From the NCBI GenBank assembly GCA_043228905.1, contig JBHGNT010000048.1, forward strand, positions 1 through 64,000: 64,000 nucleotides of DNA. Direction: 5' to 3'. The notes beneath the pieces were generated by a model. The model searched no databases. It worked only from the letters and a program-made list of their open reading frames with translations, and had not been told where the DNA came from. The DNA comes from Azolla caroliniana (taxonomy: Eukaryota > Plantae > Polypodiophyta). This document shows, in pieces, positions 28,501 through 41,534 of the stretch. The first letter of the stretch is position 1; each line of letters starts with the position of its first letter. The translations under genes were made by a program, and so were the position numbers.

Positions 28501-31500
28501 TTTCACCCATGTTCCCTAATTTTGTATAAATAGGCTATACCAAGATCTTTTGTAAGAACTTTTATTTTTTATGTTACTTGTAAGCAGGCTCTACTCTTTG
28601 CAACTATCTTTGCTACTGCTGTCTAGCAGCCTTCTCACAGCTTGGCTGTGTGTCTATTTTTTCTAACAACTGTTCCGTTGCTGTTATTAACAGCTTTTCT
28701 CACATGGTATCAGAGCAGTGAGGTCTCCATAACCTCAGCCTGTTTTTTTTTGCCAAAGAGCACACAGACCTATCTTCTTTTCTCCCACCCTTAAGAGGAA
28801 TTTTTTCTTTTCATTGCAGCCTCCCTCCCAACCCTATAGAGGAGGTTCTCTTCGCAGCCACCCTAAAGTGCTCAAGCTTCTAATGAAACGCTTCTCCATG
28901 CAAAAAGTAAAGGCAAGTGGACACAAAATGGCAACTCCTACAACAAACCCAATCCAAGACCACCAAACAACTCAGCCTACAAGGAGCTCACTTGTCATTA
29001 TTGTGGCTACAAAGGTCACATTCAGCCCAATTATCAGAAAAAGAAAAGGGACAATGCTAAGAAATCTTCTAACGAAAGTCAACCTACACCAAAATCAAAC
29101 TCAGCCCACTCAGCCAAAGAAACAGTTTTCCTTGGCATTGAGGAACATTCTTCACATTTGGCTGGACCAACTACAAAGGTCACATTCAGCCCAATTGTCG
29201 GAAAAAGAAAAGGGACAATGCTAAGAAATCTTCTAACGAAAGTCAACCTACACCAAAATCAAACTCAGCCCACTCAGCCAAAGAAACAGTTCTCCTTGGC
29301 ATTGAGGAACATTCTTCACATTTGGCTGGACCAACTACAAAGGTCACATTCAGCCCAATTGTTGAAAAAAGAAAAGGGACAATGCTAAGAAATCTTCTAC
29401 CGAAAGTCAACCTACACCGTTTTCCTTGGCATTGAGGAACATTCTTCACATTCTTCACATTTGGTTGGACCAACTACCTCAACCATTGATAAGTGGTTAG
29501 TAGACAGTGGTGCCAAACATGACTTATGACAAATCCATTCTACATGATGCAAAGCCTAGCTCCTCCCAAATGTGCAGAGGAGATGCCTCACGCATTGAGG
29601 CTTTGTGTGTGGGTAATGTGTTTCTTAACACTTCTTCAAATGACAAACCTGTCGTTCTTCAAGATGTGCTACATGTGCCTCGCATCTCTGCCAACTTACC
29701 TTCGGTCTACCAAATCATTAAGCAAGGTTATGGACTCTACTTTGATAGCTCAGTTTTGGAAGTCATTGACACCAACAACCAACGAATTGTAGCTAGTGGC
29801 ACGCAAGAAGGGGATTTATACCGCCTAAAAAGTTCCGACAGCCCCTTGGAAAAATCCAAATCTCATCTTCTTCATGTTCTTCAAGGCTTTCACGCCATGG
29901 TAGGACCAGAAAATCCCACATTGTGGCATGCTAGGTTTGGTCATTTCAACTACGATTCTCTTCAAAAGCTCTCCTCTTCACAGCTAGTTGCGGGTCTTCC
30001 TATTTTCAAAACTCCCCATACCCCATGTGTGGCTTGTCTTCATGCCAAGCAACATCGAGAGCCTTTCTCTTATCAAGCCACTCACCATGCAACATCTATC
30101 TTGGAGTTAGTGCACATGGATCATTGTGGTCCCATGAAAAGCACTACTCTTGGTGGTGCACCCTACTTCATGCTTATCATTGATGATTTCTCTCGTAAGG
30201 TTTGGGTTTATTTTCTTGTAGCTCCTGTCGAGAACGAGACATCAAAGCAAGTTCAAAAGATCAGGTCCAACAATGGTGGAGAATTTATCTTCCAAGCTTT
30301 CCATTGTTTTTGCTCTCAACAAGGCATTGCTCGCCAATTTTCTACACCCAATACTCCTCAACAAAATGGTGTTGTGGAGATGAAGAATCGGACAGTCCAA
30401 GAGATGGTTCATACAATGCTATCTCAATCTGATCTTCCTTTCTCATTTTGGGGTGACGCTGTCAACACAGCAGTCTACATCATCAACTGTTGCCCAACAA
30501 AGCAGTTGCTCCAATGACCCCTCTAGAAGCATTTACAGATGTAAATCCCTCAGTTTCTCATTTTAAAGTTTTTTGGTTATGATGCTTATGTTCACATTTC
30601 CGATCATAAAAGGACTAAATTTGAGTCCAAAACCAAGAAATGCAAGTTTCTTGGTTATTGCACACAATCTAAAGCTTACAGGTTATGGGATTTAGAATCA
30701 AAGTCCCTAGTCATCTCTAGGGATTTTCATTTTGTGGAATCTAAGCTGGATGACTCTAGGCTTTCACCTGAGTTCACGGTTGAAATCCAGCTACTCCAGA
30801 ATCTCCTACTTCAGGCGAAGATGTCTCACCTTCATGCCCCCAATCTCCTCCCACTCCTACTCAACATCTAACTTCGCCAACAATTCAAACCTCACCCTCA
30901 ACTCCAATCGTTTCCCTTCTCTCTACACACCAGGTTCCACCACTTCCCAAGTGGATTCAAGCCACCATTCGTGATTCCCATCTCTTCAATGCTGAACTTC
31001 ATGAGTATACATCTGGTTCTCCAACCAACATGAAAAAAACACACAGGTTACAACGGCCTCTTCACTCATGCAACTTTGCCTTACAGTGTGCATTGTTGTG
31101 CAATCACAAGAAACCACTACAGCAAAAGAGGCCCTTGTTCTTCCAAAGTGAAAAGCAACAATGGAAGTTGAACTTAATTCCATTGAGCGGAATCATACAT
31201 GGGAGCTGGTTCCTCGGCCTCAACATAGGCAAGTCATTCGATTGAAATGGATTTTCAAGACCAAGTACCATGTTGATGGTACTCTAGATAAGCATAAGGG
31301 ACGTCTAGTTGCAAAAGGCTACTCACAAGTGGAAGGAGTGGACTACGAGGAAACTTTTGCTCCAACAACAAGGTACACCTCTATTCGATGTGCGCTTGCA
31401 CTTGCTGCTCACAACAAATGGCCCATCTTTCAAATGGATGTCAAGTTAGCCTTCCTCATGGTCACTTGAAAGAGGAAGTTTATGTAGAACAACCTCCAGG

Positions 31501-34500
31501 TTTCGAGATTTCAGCGCGGAAAAACATGGTCTACAAGTTAGACAAAGCCTTGTATGGCTTAAAGCAAGCTCCCAAAGCTTGGCATGACAAAATTGATACC
31601 TTCTTTCTCTCCCCTTGGGTTTCAGCACTATTATGCTGACAGCAATCTCTATGTCTTTTCCCAAGATAATTTGTTATGCTTTGGTCATATTATATGTTGA
31701 TGATCTTCTAATTACAGGGTCCCTTACTTCTAAAATCGAGGACCTCCACGTTGACCTTAAAACCACATTCGAAATGATTGATCTAGGACTTCTCCATTAC
31801 TTCATAGGTACGGAGGTCTGTCATCACATGGTGATATCTTCCTCAACCAACATAGGTATCTCAGGCAGCTCCTTGAGACCTATAGCATGTCAAATTGCAA
31901 GCCACTCTCCTGTCCAATGGATCCAAACTCAAAGCTATCTCGTGAAGACGATTCTCTCATATTTGAAGATGTCATGAAATATAGAAGGTTAATTGGGTCT
32001 CTTCTTCACTTAACTTACACCAAGCCTAATTTGTCCTATAGTGTGAGTATTCTCAGCCAATTCTCAAGTGCTCCAAGACAAAGTCATTGGCAAGCAGCTA
32101 TTCGAGTTCTTGGGTATTTGGCCAACACACTCGACTATGGTCTCTCTTTTAGAGGCAGCATTGAGCTTGTTGACTACTCCGACGCTGATTGGGCAGGTGA
32201 TATTGATTCTAGAAGGTCCACATCTGGCTATTGTTTTATGTTAGACTTAGGCTTAATTTCTCAGAAAATCAAAGAAGCAAAACTCAGTTTCTACTTAAGC
32301 AACAGAAGCTGAATATCGAGCACACTTGGATACTTGTTGTGAGTTGCTATGGTTAATGCAATTGTTTCGTCACATTGGTGTTTTACAAGACTTTCCTATT
32401 TCAGTTTTCACCGACAGCCAAACTGCATGTGCATTGGCACATAGCTCAGCATTTCATGGTAGAACAAAACATATTGAAGTGCACTACCATTTTGTTCGTG
32501 AATTAGTGAAATCACAAGTTGTCCTACTCAAGAAAATGTGGCCGATTTGTTTACTAAGCCACTTCCAAGCCAAGCCATTGATCAACTCAATGTTGGACCA
32601 CCGTTCTGGAGCTGAGAGGAGGTGTTGGAGGGTGGCAGCTCCAGACTTGCACTCTCTTTCATCTTTATTATCTCTCTTCTACATTATCTCTCTACCTAAA
32701 GTCTTCTCTCTCTAGAATCTGCAACTCTTTAAATGCCTTCTCTCTCTTCCACTTCTTCCAAGATATTCCCTCTTATTCCTAGTACCTATTTGGTAGTACA
32801 AGAGTCACTTGACTACCAAACAACCATTTCACCCACGTTCCCCAATTTTGTATAAATAGGCTATACGAGCCTCTTTGTAAGAACTTTATTTTTGCTGCTA
32901 CTTGAAAACAGGCTCTACTCTTTGGCTATGTCTCTACTCTTTGCAACTATTTTTGCTACTGCTGTCTAACAGCCTTCTCGCAGCTTGGCTGTGTGTCTAT
33001 TTTTTCTAACAATTATTCCGTTGCTGCTATTAACAGCTTTTCTCACAATACTATAGGGCTACTCCCATCTACTTTCTGCCAAAGAGAAAGGGTGGAGTTG
33101 TGGCCAGTAAGGAAGTGGATAGCGTAAGATTTGCAAGTCTCTAACAACTGAGTTCAAATGTGGATGCATCGAGAAACGCTTGGTTTGTGGAGCAAGTCAA
33201 AGGATGAGCCCAAGGAATTCGTTCTCGAACTTAAGGGATATCATATGAGAAGACTCAAGGGGGTGAAACAAAGTGCTTACACATCGTATTTCTAATCCCT
33301 TAATCTATCAGAATTTATTGTCAATTCTCGAGGTTCGAGGATGCTGGATATGAGGTAGTCTTTTGCGAGTCATGAGCTCAAATCTACAATACCACCAGCC
33401 AAAGAGTTGGGTTCCATGTGTTGTGTGTGGATGATCTAGTTCTCTCAGGAAATATTGAGATTGATTTGGATCCAATTACATAGAGGCTGAGATTTGAGTT
33501 CAAGATGATGGATCTAGGTTTGCTGCACTTCTCTCATGTTTATGGAGGTCAACCTGAAAGTTGTAGAAGATTGGGAGAGACAGGATAAATATCAGACATT
33601 GGCCAACAGCCTCCCTTATATTTATGCAATACAAGAGCAAAATTAGCTTATTGATGGGAGTGTTGTCAAAGTTCACAGCAAGTTTGGATGCATCCTCCAA
33701 GGTGCTGTTATCATTCTAATTGCGCATAGGATCCAGGGAACAATAGGTCAACTGTCGGATTCTGGTTTTTCCTTGGAGACTAGAATATTTTCTTGGACAA
33801 GGAAAAAGCTACCAAGTGTCTTCTCGTCCTCAATAAATGCAGAATACAAGGAGGCATGCTATGCAAGACATGAAGAAATGTGGCTATCAATGCTTCTAGC
33901 AGAAATCAAGATGCCAACTAAGGGGAAGCCAACACAGATATCATATGATAGCCAGACTTGCAATATTGAGATCCAACAAAAGACAGACTCAAATGATGCA
34001 AACATTTGGGCAACTGAATGGTTGGAAAGCTCAAAGAGAATAATGCAAGAATCCATAAAGTCAAATGATTATGGAGTTCATCACATAAAAGATGAGACAA
34101 AATCCAAATTGAATCAGATGATGTGATTGGTGTATGTAAATTGCTTGAGAGCAGTTTTGGTGTGAAGAAAACCCAACGACCCTCACATCTGCAGTCAATA
34201 GAAAGGAGGTGCATTGAATATGGTAGATGGATTAACCATTGGTTCTAACAATCCATTTACGTAAACGAGCCTTAGAATATATCATGGGTTAGCTCTCATT
34301 TCACCCATCGAATTGTATCTATATATCCTCACTTAGGAGCACACGAGCTCGCTCTGTTAATAAAATGTTAATCTTTGTTTTCTACATTGTCAACTCTGCG
34401 CCAAATATCTTTCTATGCATCCTCTCATTTTCAGCAGGATACAGCAAGAGGCCATCATTATTTGCCACACTATGAATGGTTCATTTGCTATAATAATGGA

Positions 34501-35053
34501 TAATTCATTCATTATAGCAGTAGGTGATTTATACGCCATAGGAACGAATGGAGGGTCCATTCTCCATGGTAAATGGATAATTCATATGCAATAGAAATGG
34601 ATGGTTTCTTTTCTAATAATGGATGGTTTCTTCCTCCCATAATTGTGGTGAACAAACAATCCATTACCATTACCATTCTTATGGTGAAGGAACATTCACT
34701 ATTATGATGAAAGAACCATCCATATATTATGGATGGAAGAATCACATCCATATGTTAATGCCAAAGAACCATATCCATCAAATGACGAAATCATGTTCAC
34801 CCTGGTTTTGTTTTGGCCATACTAATGGATGATTTGCTTCCCTTTCGTGAAGCCACAATACAGTCTACATGCAGGAAGAGAGAGAGAAAGCTACCGTAGA
34901 GATACACAAGCGTCGGTTTGCTGAGGTCCAAGATGGGCGCCACCGCTGCTGACATGATGATCTGGAGAGAGGTAACAATCTGTGTGTGGAAGGAGAAGAA
35001 GATGATAAGGAAGAGGAAGAGGAAGATGGGAAAAACATGGCAGAGAAGGCCAT
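20955..35053 (-). CDS. PRS: Ribose-phosphate pyrophosphokinase (PRPP synthetase), plant class I, plastid-targeted; 8 exons, 412 aa
   Basis: Exons (minus): 35053-34895, 27840-27655, 24334-24086, 22744-22601, 22467-22300, 22003-21934, 21837-21756, 21135-20955; all introns GT-AG, 1239 nt in frame. Motifs [75 protein letters not shown]; C-terminus VSSIFQ*. Exon 1 is Ser-rich and transit-peptide-like; it is the least certain exon because it lies beyond a 7054-bp intron. Confidence 0.95.
25033..25426. mobile_element. Fold-back/MITE-like element with long degenerate TIRs in PRS intron 2
   Basis: About 25033-25200 is the degenerate reverse complement of about 25277-25426 (e.g. GATAACCTCTACAAAAGAAGAGGGGCAAGGAAATAA vs TTATTTCCTTCCCCTCTTTTTTTAGAGGTTATC). 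Confidence 0.6.
25591..25870. repeat. About 110-bp inverted repeat formed by two head-to-head tRNA-derived SINE-like copies
   Basis: Arm 25591-25699 pairs with 25762-25870. The right copy starts with the tRNA-like head TAGCTCAGTTGCTAAGGC...GGTCATGTGTTCAACCC (A and B boxes). Confidence 0.8.
26640..27290 (+). mobile_element. Decayed Ty3/Gypsy reverse transcriptase fragment in PRS intron 2
   Basis: Translates in pieces to [40 protein letters not shown] and [21 protein letters not shown], matching canonical Gypsy RT motifs. Confidence 0.85.
28266..28704 (+). repeat. Copia 5' LTR
   Basis: Direct repeat of 32623-33047, followed immediately by the PBS; contains a TATAAATA box. Confidence 0.92.
29007..29477 (+). 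repeat. 164-bp tandem triplication in the Copia gag/protease linker
   Basis: CTACAAAGGTCACATTCAGCCCAATT at 29007, 29171 and 29335; the third copy has an internal deletion. Confidence 0.92.
32623..33047 (+). repeat. Copia 3' LTR
   Basis: Preceded by the polypurine tract; TG...CA; homologous to 28266-28704. Confidence 0.92.
33050..34400 (+). mobile_element. Older, decayed Ty1/Copia RT-RNase H (and probable 3' LTR) remnant
   Basis: Fragments [25 protein letters not shown] and [20 protein letters not shown]; PPT-like GAAAGGAGG followed by TG at about 34201-34212. Confidence 0.75.
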
Positions 35054-35059
35054 GTCTCA

Positions 35060-35120
35060 GCCCTCTTTCTCTCCCCTCTCTCTGTCTCTGTCTCTGTCTC
35101 TGTCTCTGTCTCTGTCTCTA
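35060..35120. repeat. (TCTCTG)n microsatellite in the PRS 5' leader
   Basis: CT-rich tract with hexamer repeats directly upstream of the ATG at 35053. Confidence 0.8.
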
Positions 35121-35394
35121 TCTGAATGATCTGCTACAGGCGCACAAACATATACATACATACAGACACACACATTGATGATGCTTTGATTTTCTGTGTT
35201 TAAAGAAGAAATCAAATTCTCTGAGAATTTCTGTTTGTTTTTTTTTTATCTCCCCCCAAATTAACACACAAAACACAATGTTTTCCTCCTTATCTTCTCT
35301 CTTCTTATCAATCACATTTATCTTCTCCTTTCTTATCAATCGGATTTATCTTCTCTCTTCTTATCGATCGGAAGTTCCGGTCATTCAATAATGA

Positions 35395-35405
35395 GCATTT
35401 ATAGG
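35395..35405 (-). promoter_or_regulatory. Candidate TATA box of PRS
   Basis: TATAAAT on the minus strand about 345 bp upstream of the ATG, just downstream of the telo-box-containing duplication. Confidence 0.4.
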
Positions 35406-35445
35406 GGGGGCAAATCGGAAATTACAGTAAACGAGTCGGAGGGGT

Positions 35446-35763
35446 CCTCTTGGGATTTCTCTGCTCTTACCATTATCCGAGAATTAGGGTTTCAACTATA
35501 TGGTTTGGTTTAGTGTGACCGAGGGGAGGTACCATTCATCGATAGCTTGCATTGACCCGTTATCTTCTTACGATCATTGTAGGTCTTTTGGTATGTGTAT
35601 ATGGATCCTTGGGAATTCTCTCCTCTTACCATTATCCGAGAATTAGGGTTTCAACTCTATGGTTTGGTTTCGCGTGATTAGGAGGGGGGGGGGCGCATTC
35701 ATTGATAGCTTGCATTGACCATTATCTTCTTAGAATCGTTGTAGGCCTCTTGGTCTGTCTATA
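35446..35763. repeat. 159-bp tandem duplication in the PRS promoter region, each copy with a telo-box
   Basis: CTCTTACCATTATCCGAGAATTAGGGTTTCAACT at 35464 and 35623. Confidence 0.88.
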
Positions 35764-37425
35764 TCGACTTTGCACTGCCCATGACAAACCCCTTGTTTTT
35801 TTGTTGACATGCACAAATGCACTTAAACCTCACAACCACGTTATACTCTAGTTAAGGAGCTTCGATTATTTCGCACCCCGACGATCACAAGGCATTTCCG
35901 AAGCCACGTTCCGTCTTAGACACTTTTGCTCTGAGTTCGTCTTGATGTCGGAGATATATTCTAATGTAAAACAGGAAAATAAGGAAATTGATAAGAAAAG
36001 AAAGAGACTGAGAGAGAATTGTCGATCTACCTGACCACCCTCAAGCCCTAAATGGGGCCCCATACCACCTTTATGGTCTTCGAATCGTACCTAGTACTAG
36101 CATGTGCTCGCTGCAAGAGTCTGTTCACCATGAGATCACGATTTTGACATAGTTGAATGATCCCCCAATGAGGTTGGTTAGGCCTCATATTTATGCCAAA
36201 CGTAGGGCCCCCAAGCAAGTTCACACTTGGCCTTCGAGGGTTGTCTCAATCCCTAGGATTAAAAGTAATCCTCCCTCTTTACATTCTCAAATAACCCTCG
36301 CACTCTTATCCTCATGTGTAGAAAACTACGATACAAACTTCCATATGTGAATGTCATTATTGATAAATAGTATGTGTATCACCTAGGTTTCCTACTAACG
36401 TTGGCCTAGCCATTTCACACTTGTAAAACAACCAATGGACGTCACATTGACGAGTTTTCTATTTTAGATGCTTTAAATAATCATGTGAGGGATGTCATTA
36501 TATTTGTATATGTGAATGTCATAAACAATGCAACAATATGTGCTTAAGCACAATATTAACACATTGCCTTCATACAATACGGTTTAACTTGGACACTAAA
36601 ATTGCCATATTTTCCATAGAACAATGAGTGAAAACAAAACCGCATTACAACCCGTGACACTATGTTTGTTGTCACAAAAAACAACAATATATTGGTTTGG
36701 GTGAAATTGTTTTCGGATCTAGGAATTGTTCTATGGAAGCTTGAAACTTTTGCTATCCATTGAATCAACATTAATAGCGCCAACACTACTCCGTGTTTCC
36801 GAATATTGGGCCTGTTTTTAACACTCAAACCTTGGTTCATACACAACTTAAACAACTCAACATATTGATAAACACCATATTCAAATGGATTTAATGAGGT
36901 TACATAAGGATTCAATATGACTGCATGAAAAAAAGCGAAGTAGTATTGTAAGAAAAGAGGATACAAAATGTGTCTTTGCTTAGAGATGCAGTGAGTCCTG
37001 TTAAGAGGCTACATGTGTGGAAATAAAGTAGAGCACTTGTCTTTATTAAGCAAGACCTCTAATAAGTACCATTTTCAACAAAACATTGCCTTGTATTGCA
37101 AAGTAGTTGTTGATCTTAATCTCTAAACCTACTCCATTCATTCTAACCATCATGGTGACTGAATATGTTGAACACCACAAAAACCCCTCGTGTCCACAGT
37201 TCAATTCCATGCACTCATTGTCAACTAACATCGGTGGTGTATATGGTATACCTCCATTTGATGCCACTTGTGCACATATGTATAGATGAACTGGGAAAAT
37301 AAGTGCTCGCTCACATTCACGTGCCAACACATTGTGCCAAAACGTTTTATTTCATGGATATCGGTGGCAATAATAAGCTAATAAGCTATGGTACATTTGA
37401 TACACGACTTGGCAAGACATCATCC

Positions 37426-40400
37426 TCATGACATGATCTCCAATGCTTCCCTTGATCTCCCAAGGATCTTCAAAACTGATGCGGCAATATGCGCAGATGT
37501 AAGACCGGCTTGTGCTAGTTGATCGGCCGGAGCTCCATGCTCAATATATGCATCCGGGAGAACAATGGGTCTCCACTGTCAAAAGATAGACCAAACATGA
37601 ATTGTTAAAAAGACCCATCAATAATACATATGTGCGTATGTGCATGTATATAGGCATGAATACATACATACATGTGTATATATGTACGTCTACATATGTG
37701 CATATGTGTCTACACGTATGTGCATGCATGTCATGCATATCTACGCGCATATGTATGTATGTATGTATGTATGTAAGTAGGTATACATACAGTATGTGGT
37801 ATGTATGTACATGTATATTTGTATATATGCATGTATGTATGTGTCTGTATATATGGATGTATGCATGGTATGTATATATGGATGGATGGATGTGTGTGTG
37901 TGTGTATGTATGTATGCATGTATGTAAGACTGTACGTATGTACAAGGCAGAGATGATGGGCGACGGAAGAGCTGTACCTTGACATTCCCGTCCAAGAGTC
38001 CATCCAAAGACATGAACTGAGCCACATGTGATCCAAAACCTCCCACTGATCCTTCCTCTGCAGTGAAGATGATCTCGTGATGCCGGGCTAGTTCCCGGAT
38101 AAGCTCCCGATCGAGCGGCTTGCAGAACCGAGCATCGGCCACCGTCACGGAAAGCCCGTGATTCTCCAACTGACTCCGAGCCATGAGAAGGTTCTGGACA
38201 ATGGTCCCATAGCCAAGGAGGGCAACTCTTGTTCCTTCAGCTAATATCCTTCCCTTGCCAATCTGGTTGGGAGCAACAACATCGCCACATATGGAAAGAA
38301 GGTCCATGAATCATCGATGACAAAACTGAGGTTTTTCTATCTCACAGTAGCTTTGCATTTATGGCATTTGCTTACCTCTAAAGGAATCCCCTTGTTTCCG
38401 AGAGGGAGTTCCGTGCCTATGCCATTGCCTCGAGGATATCGGAAGCAACTCGGGCGGTCATCGATGGCGGCTGCAGTGGCCACCATGTGGAAAAGCTCAG
38501 TTTCATCGGATGGTGCCATTACAATCATGTTCGGAAGGCACGCCATGTATGCGACATCAAAGGCTCCACAATGTGTCGGGCCATCCGCACCCACAAGCCC
38601 TGCCCTATCCATGGCAAACCGAACTGGCAACTTTTGAAGATCTACATCATGAACCACCTGAAGAAACCCAACAAAAGTACCCATTTTCAGCCCTCTACTT
38701 GAGCAATCATGGGCAACATAGATGGCAGTTTACTACATCATATGCATATAAAGTGTTTGTGAGAAAGTTTAGGATACGTGATCGAATCCTTTGCACGAGC
38801 AGCCAAGGGCTTGGGGAACTAGGGATTAAGTTAGGATTTAGATTTTGGGTTTTAGAATAAGTTAGAATGAGAGATGAATCCTTGACTAGACGACTTGAAA
38901 TATGTATCTACATCTTGGACCAAGCACCAAAGTTAAGAATCCTTTGGCATACAAGTTAAGGCTTAGGATTCAGGGACAAGTAGACTAGGGTAGGAAGAGA
39001 GATGAAACCTTTGCAGGCACCTTAAATATATGTGACCAAATCATGGACCAGCTAGAGAAACAAACTAAGATACTTATTCAATCTTCTGGTTGAAAAATCA
39101 TGTGCAATGCAACTATATGAGATTAATGTATCACAACCATGGAAAATGTGCTTCCAGGAAGCACCCCCTCCTGTTAAGCTCGATACAAGAATATTACGAT
39201 CGAGAGGTGAATATTTTGCATATGAACTAAATGTGTTGCCCAAGACAGTAATCCAGAGAAAATCCTAAAGTGGAGAGCGGCTGAAAATTTAAACCTGATC
39301 ATATGCTCTTTGGAGAAAGGAAGAATAGATAGCACAGAAAGGTTTCAATCCTTCACAAGCTAAACCAGCTGCGAAAGTGACACCGTGTTGCTCTGCAATG
39401 CCTACATCAAAGCATCGTTCAGGAAACCGTTTCTGAAACATGTTGAGGCCAGTGCCACCCCCCATTGCAGCATGAATAGCAATTACTTTAGAATCGGCTT
39501 CGGCTTCAGCAATCAATGCCTCAGCAAAGTAAGTCGTATATGGCTGGGTTAGGCTTTTTCCCTTGAATTGCTTCCCGGTAGGAGGATCAAATTTAACCAC
39601 TCCTGCATCCAGAAAGGTAAAAAAAAACATCCATATGATTTATGTGTTCATGTTGACAGAAAGGAATTATTCAGACAATACTAACCATGATACTTGTCGG
39701 AAGCTCTTTCAGCATACGGATATCCACGCCCTTTCTCGGTAACAACATGGATCAAGACTGGGCCAGATGTGTGTGTATCTTTCACTTCATTCAAAATCGT
39801 CACGAGGTCATCAATATTATGGCCATCGACTGGACCAATGTAATAGAGTCCAAGCTCTTCAAACAAAGTGGATCCAGAGCCACTTATCATTCCTCGAGCA
39901 TATTCATCAACTTTGGCTGCTAGCGAGTGCATTGGGCCTCCAATTTGCTTGGTAACACCCTAACAAACATTCACATACATTGGTTAAACCTATCATTTTT
40001 TTTCTACCCTGAAAATGTAAGGGTTGGATCATGTGAAATAAAATCTGAAAACCCAACCTTTGCCACTTCTCGAAGTTCTCTTAGTGGTTTGCTTGATTGC
40101 AATCTACTCAGAGCACTGCTTAAAGCACCCACTGGAGGTGCTGGGCCATCCAATGTTGCCGTAGGCAAAGAAACTTGTTTGTTGTCATTCAATATGACAA
40201 TCATATTTGAATCGAGATACCCAGCATTGTTCATTGCTTCATATGCTTGCCCAGCAGTCATTGCTCCGTCGCCAATAATTGCGACAACATGGTTTCTCTT
40301 CCCTTTGAGATCTCTCCCAACAGCCATTCCTACAAAACCATGAAACCTCTTTCACTTTCCTATATAATGCATTTGAACCAAGAGAATACCACATGAAGAA

Positions 40401-41492
40401 TCAATGATGGTTGTGGTCCAAGAAAGCATGGTTGAGTGATAGCACAAGAGTTTTATTTGGCACAAGACTATTGGGGCGGGGTTGGAATAGCTGTTTGAAG
40501 GTGTTGAAAAGATGCTATTGAACAAATTAAACTGTGAAATAGCTGGTTGACGGTATTGAAAAGATGAGATAAGAATTATATAATTTTTTGACTACCCCCA
40601 ATTTTATTCTGCTTTGAAACTTGAGATTTGCAACATGTTGTTATTAGATGAGCTCAGTGAACAATTATTGAATAATCCAAATTAGTGTATCACCCAACCA
40701 TGCTTCCACATATTAGAAGTTTTGGGTTTTGGGTTCCATCTATTACGTATACAAATAGACATCATTGAAGATATGGTGTTGGAAGGACTTACCTAAGCCA
40801 GCAGATATACTGGTTGAACTATGGCCAGCACCAAAGGCATCATGATCACTTTCTGCCCGCTTTGTAAACCCTGATAGGCCATTCGTCTGTCGAAGTGTAT
40901 TCATTCTTGATCTCCGCCCAGTCAAAATCTTGTGCGGATAGGCCTATGTGGAGGAAAAAGGCATTAATCACTAGATGCCGTGCCCTAGTGAGGAAAGGAA
41001 CTCTATATGCAAAATAGTAAGAAAGAATGCACCATAGGTTGCAAGCCTTATAGGTGTATGTTTCCAGACCGTAGTTGCCAAATCATAGCCATCCGAATCA
41101 TGGCCCTATCTACACAAAATAACCCACATATTTATCCAGACCACAGCAATCAGTACTGTGGCACTACCTATTTGTACCAAGGTCCTCTGTCCAGACCATA
41201 TCTATCCAAACCATAGGCATCTGAAATGTGGTTATCCACAAGCTAAGGGTCATATCACTGGCCTCACTGACTCCTTAGTAGATGATTATGAGCATGCTTG
41301 TAACCTCAATTGAAAAATGGCCATCTTACTCTCATCCATATCCTCAAAATGCATCCCATGTGATAATGATATAGTGCATGTAAGTACAGGATCAAGAGTG
41401 TATATGGATGGATGTATGGACACAGTGTATGAACACACATGTTTGTATTAATTATGTACATATAAAAATGCATCTATGTATGTATATATATG

Positions 41493-41534
<42 letters not shown>

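Larger units (their letters stand above)
28266..33047 (+). mobile_element. Ty1/Copia LTR retrotransposon with both LTRs, defective, antisense in PRS intron 1
   Basis: 5' LTR 28266-28704 (TG...CA); PBS TGGTATCAGAGC (tRNA-iMet) 28705-28716; zinc-knuckle remnant at about 28993; protease WLVDSGA at about 29494; LWHARFGH/CxxC; integrase [25 protein letters not shown]; [28 protein letters not shown]; RNase [21 protein letters not shown]; PPT GAGAGGAGG; 3' LTR 32623-33047. Several frameshifts and stops. Confidence 0.96.

Noticed and set aside
37541-38036. His/Thr/Tyr- or Cys/Val/Met-rich ORFs
   Set aside because: Translations of the (TATG)n simple repeat in DXS intron 9.
38317-40343. Plus-strand ORFs of 60-138 aa
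   Set aside because: Antisense shadows of DXS exons.
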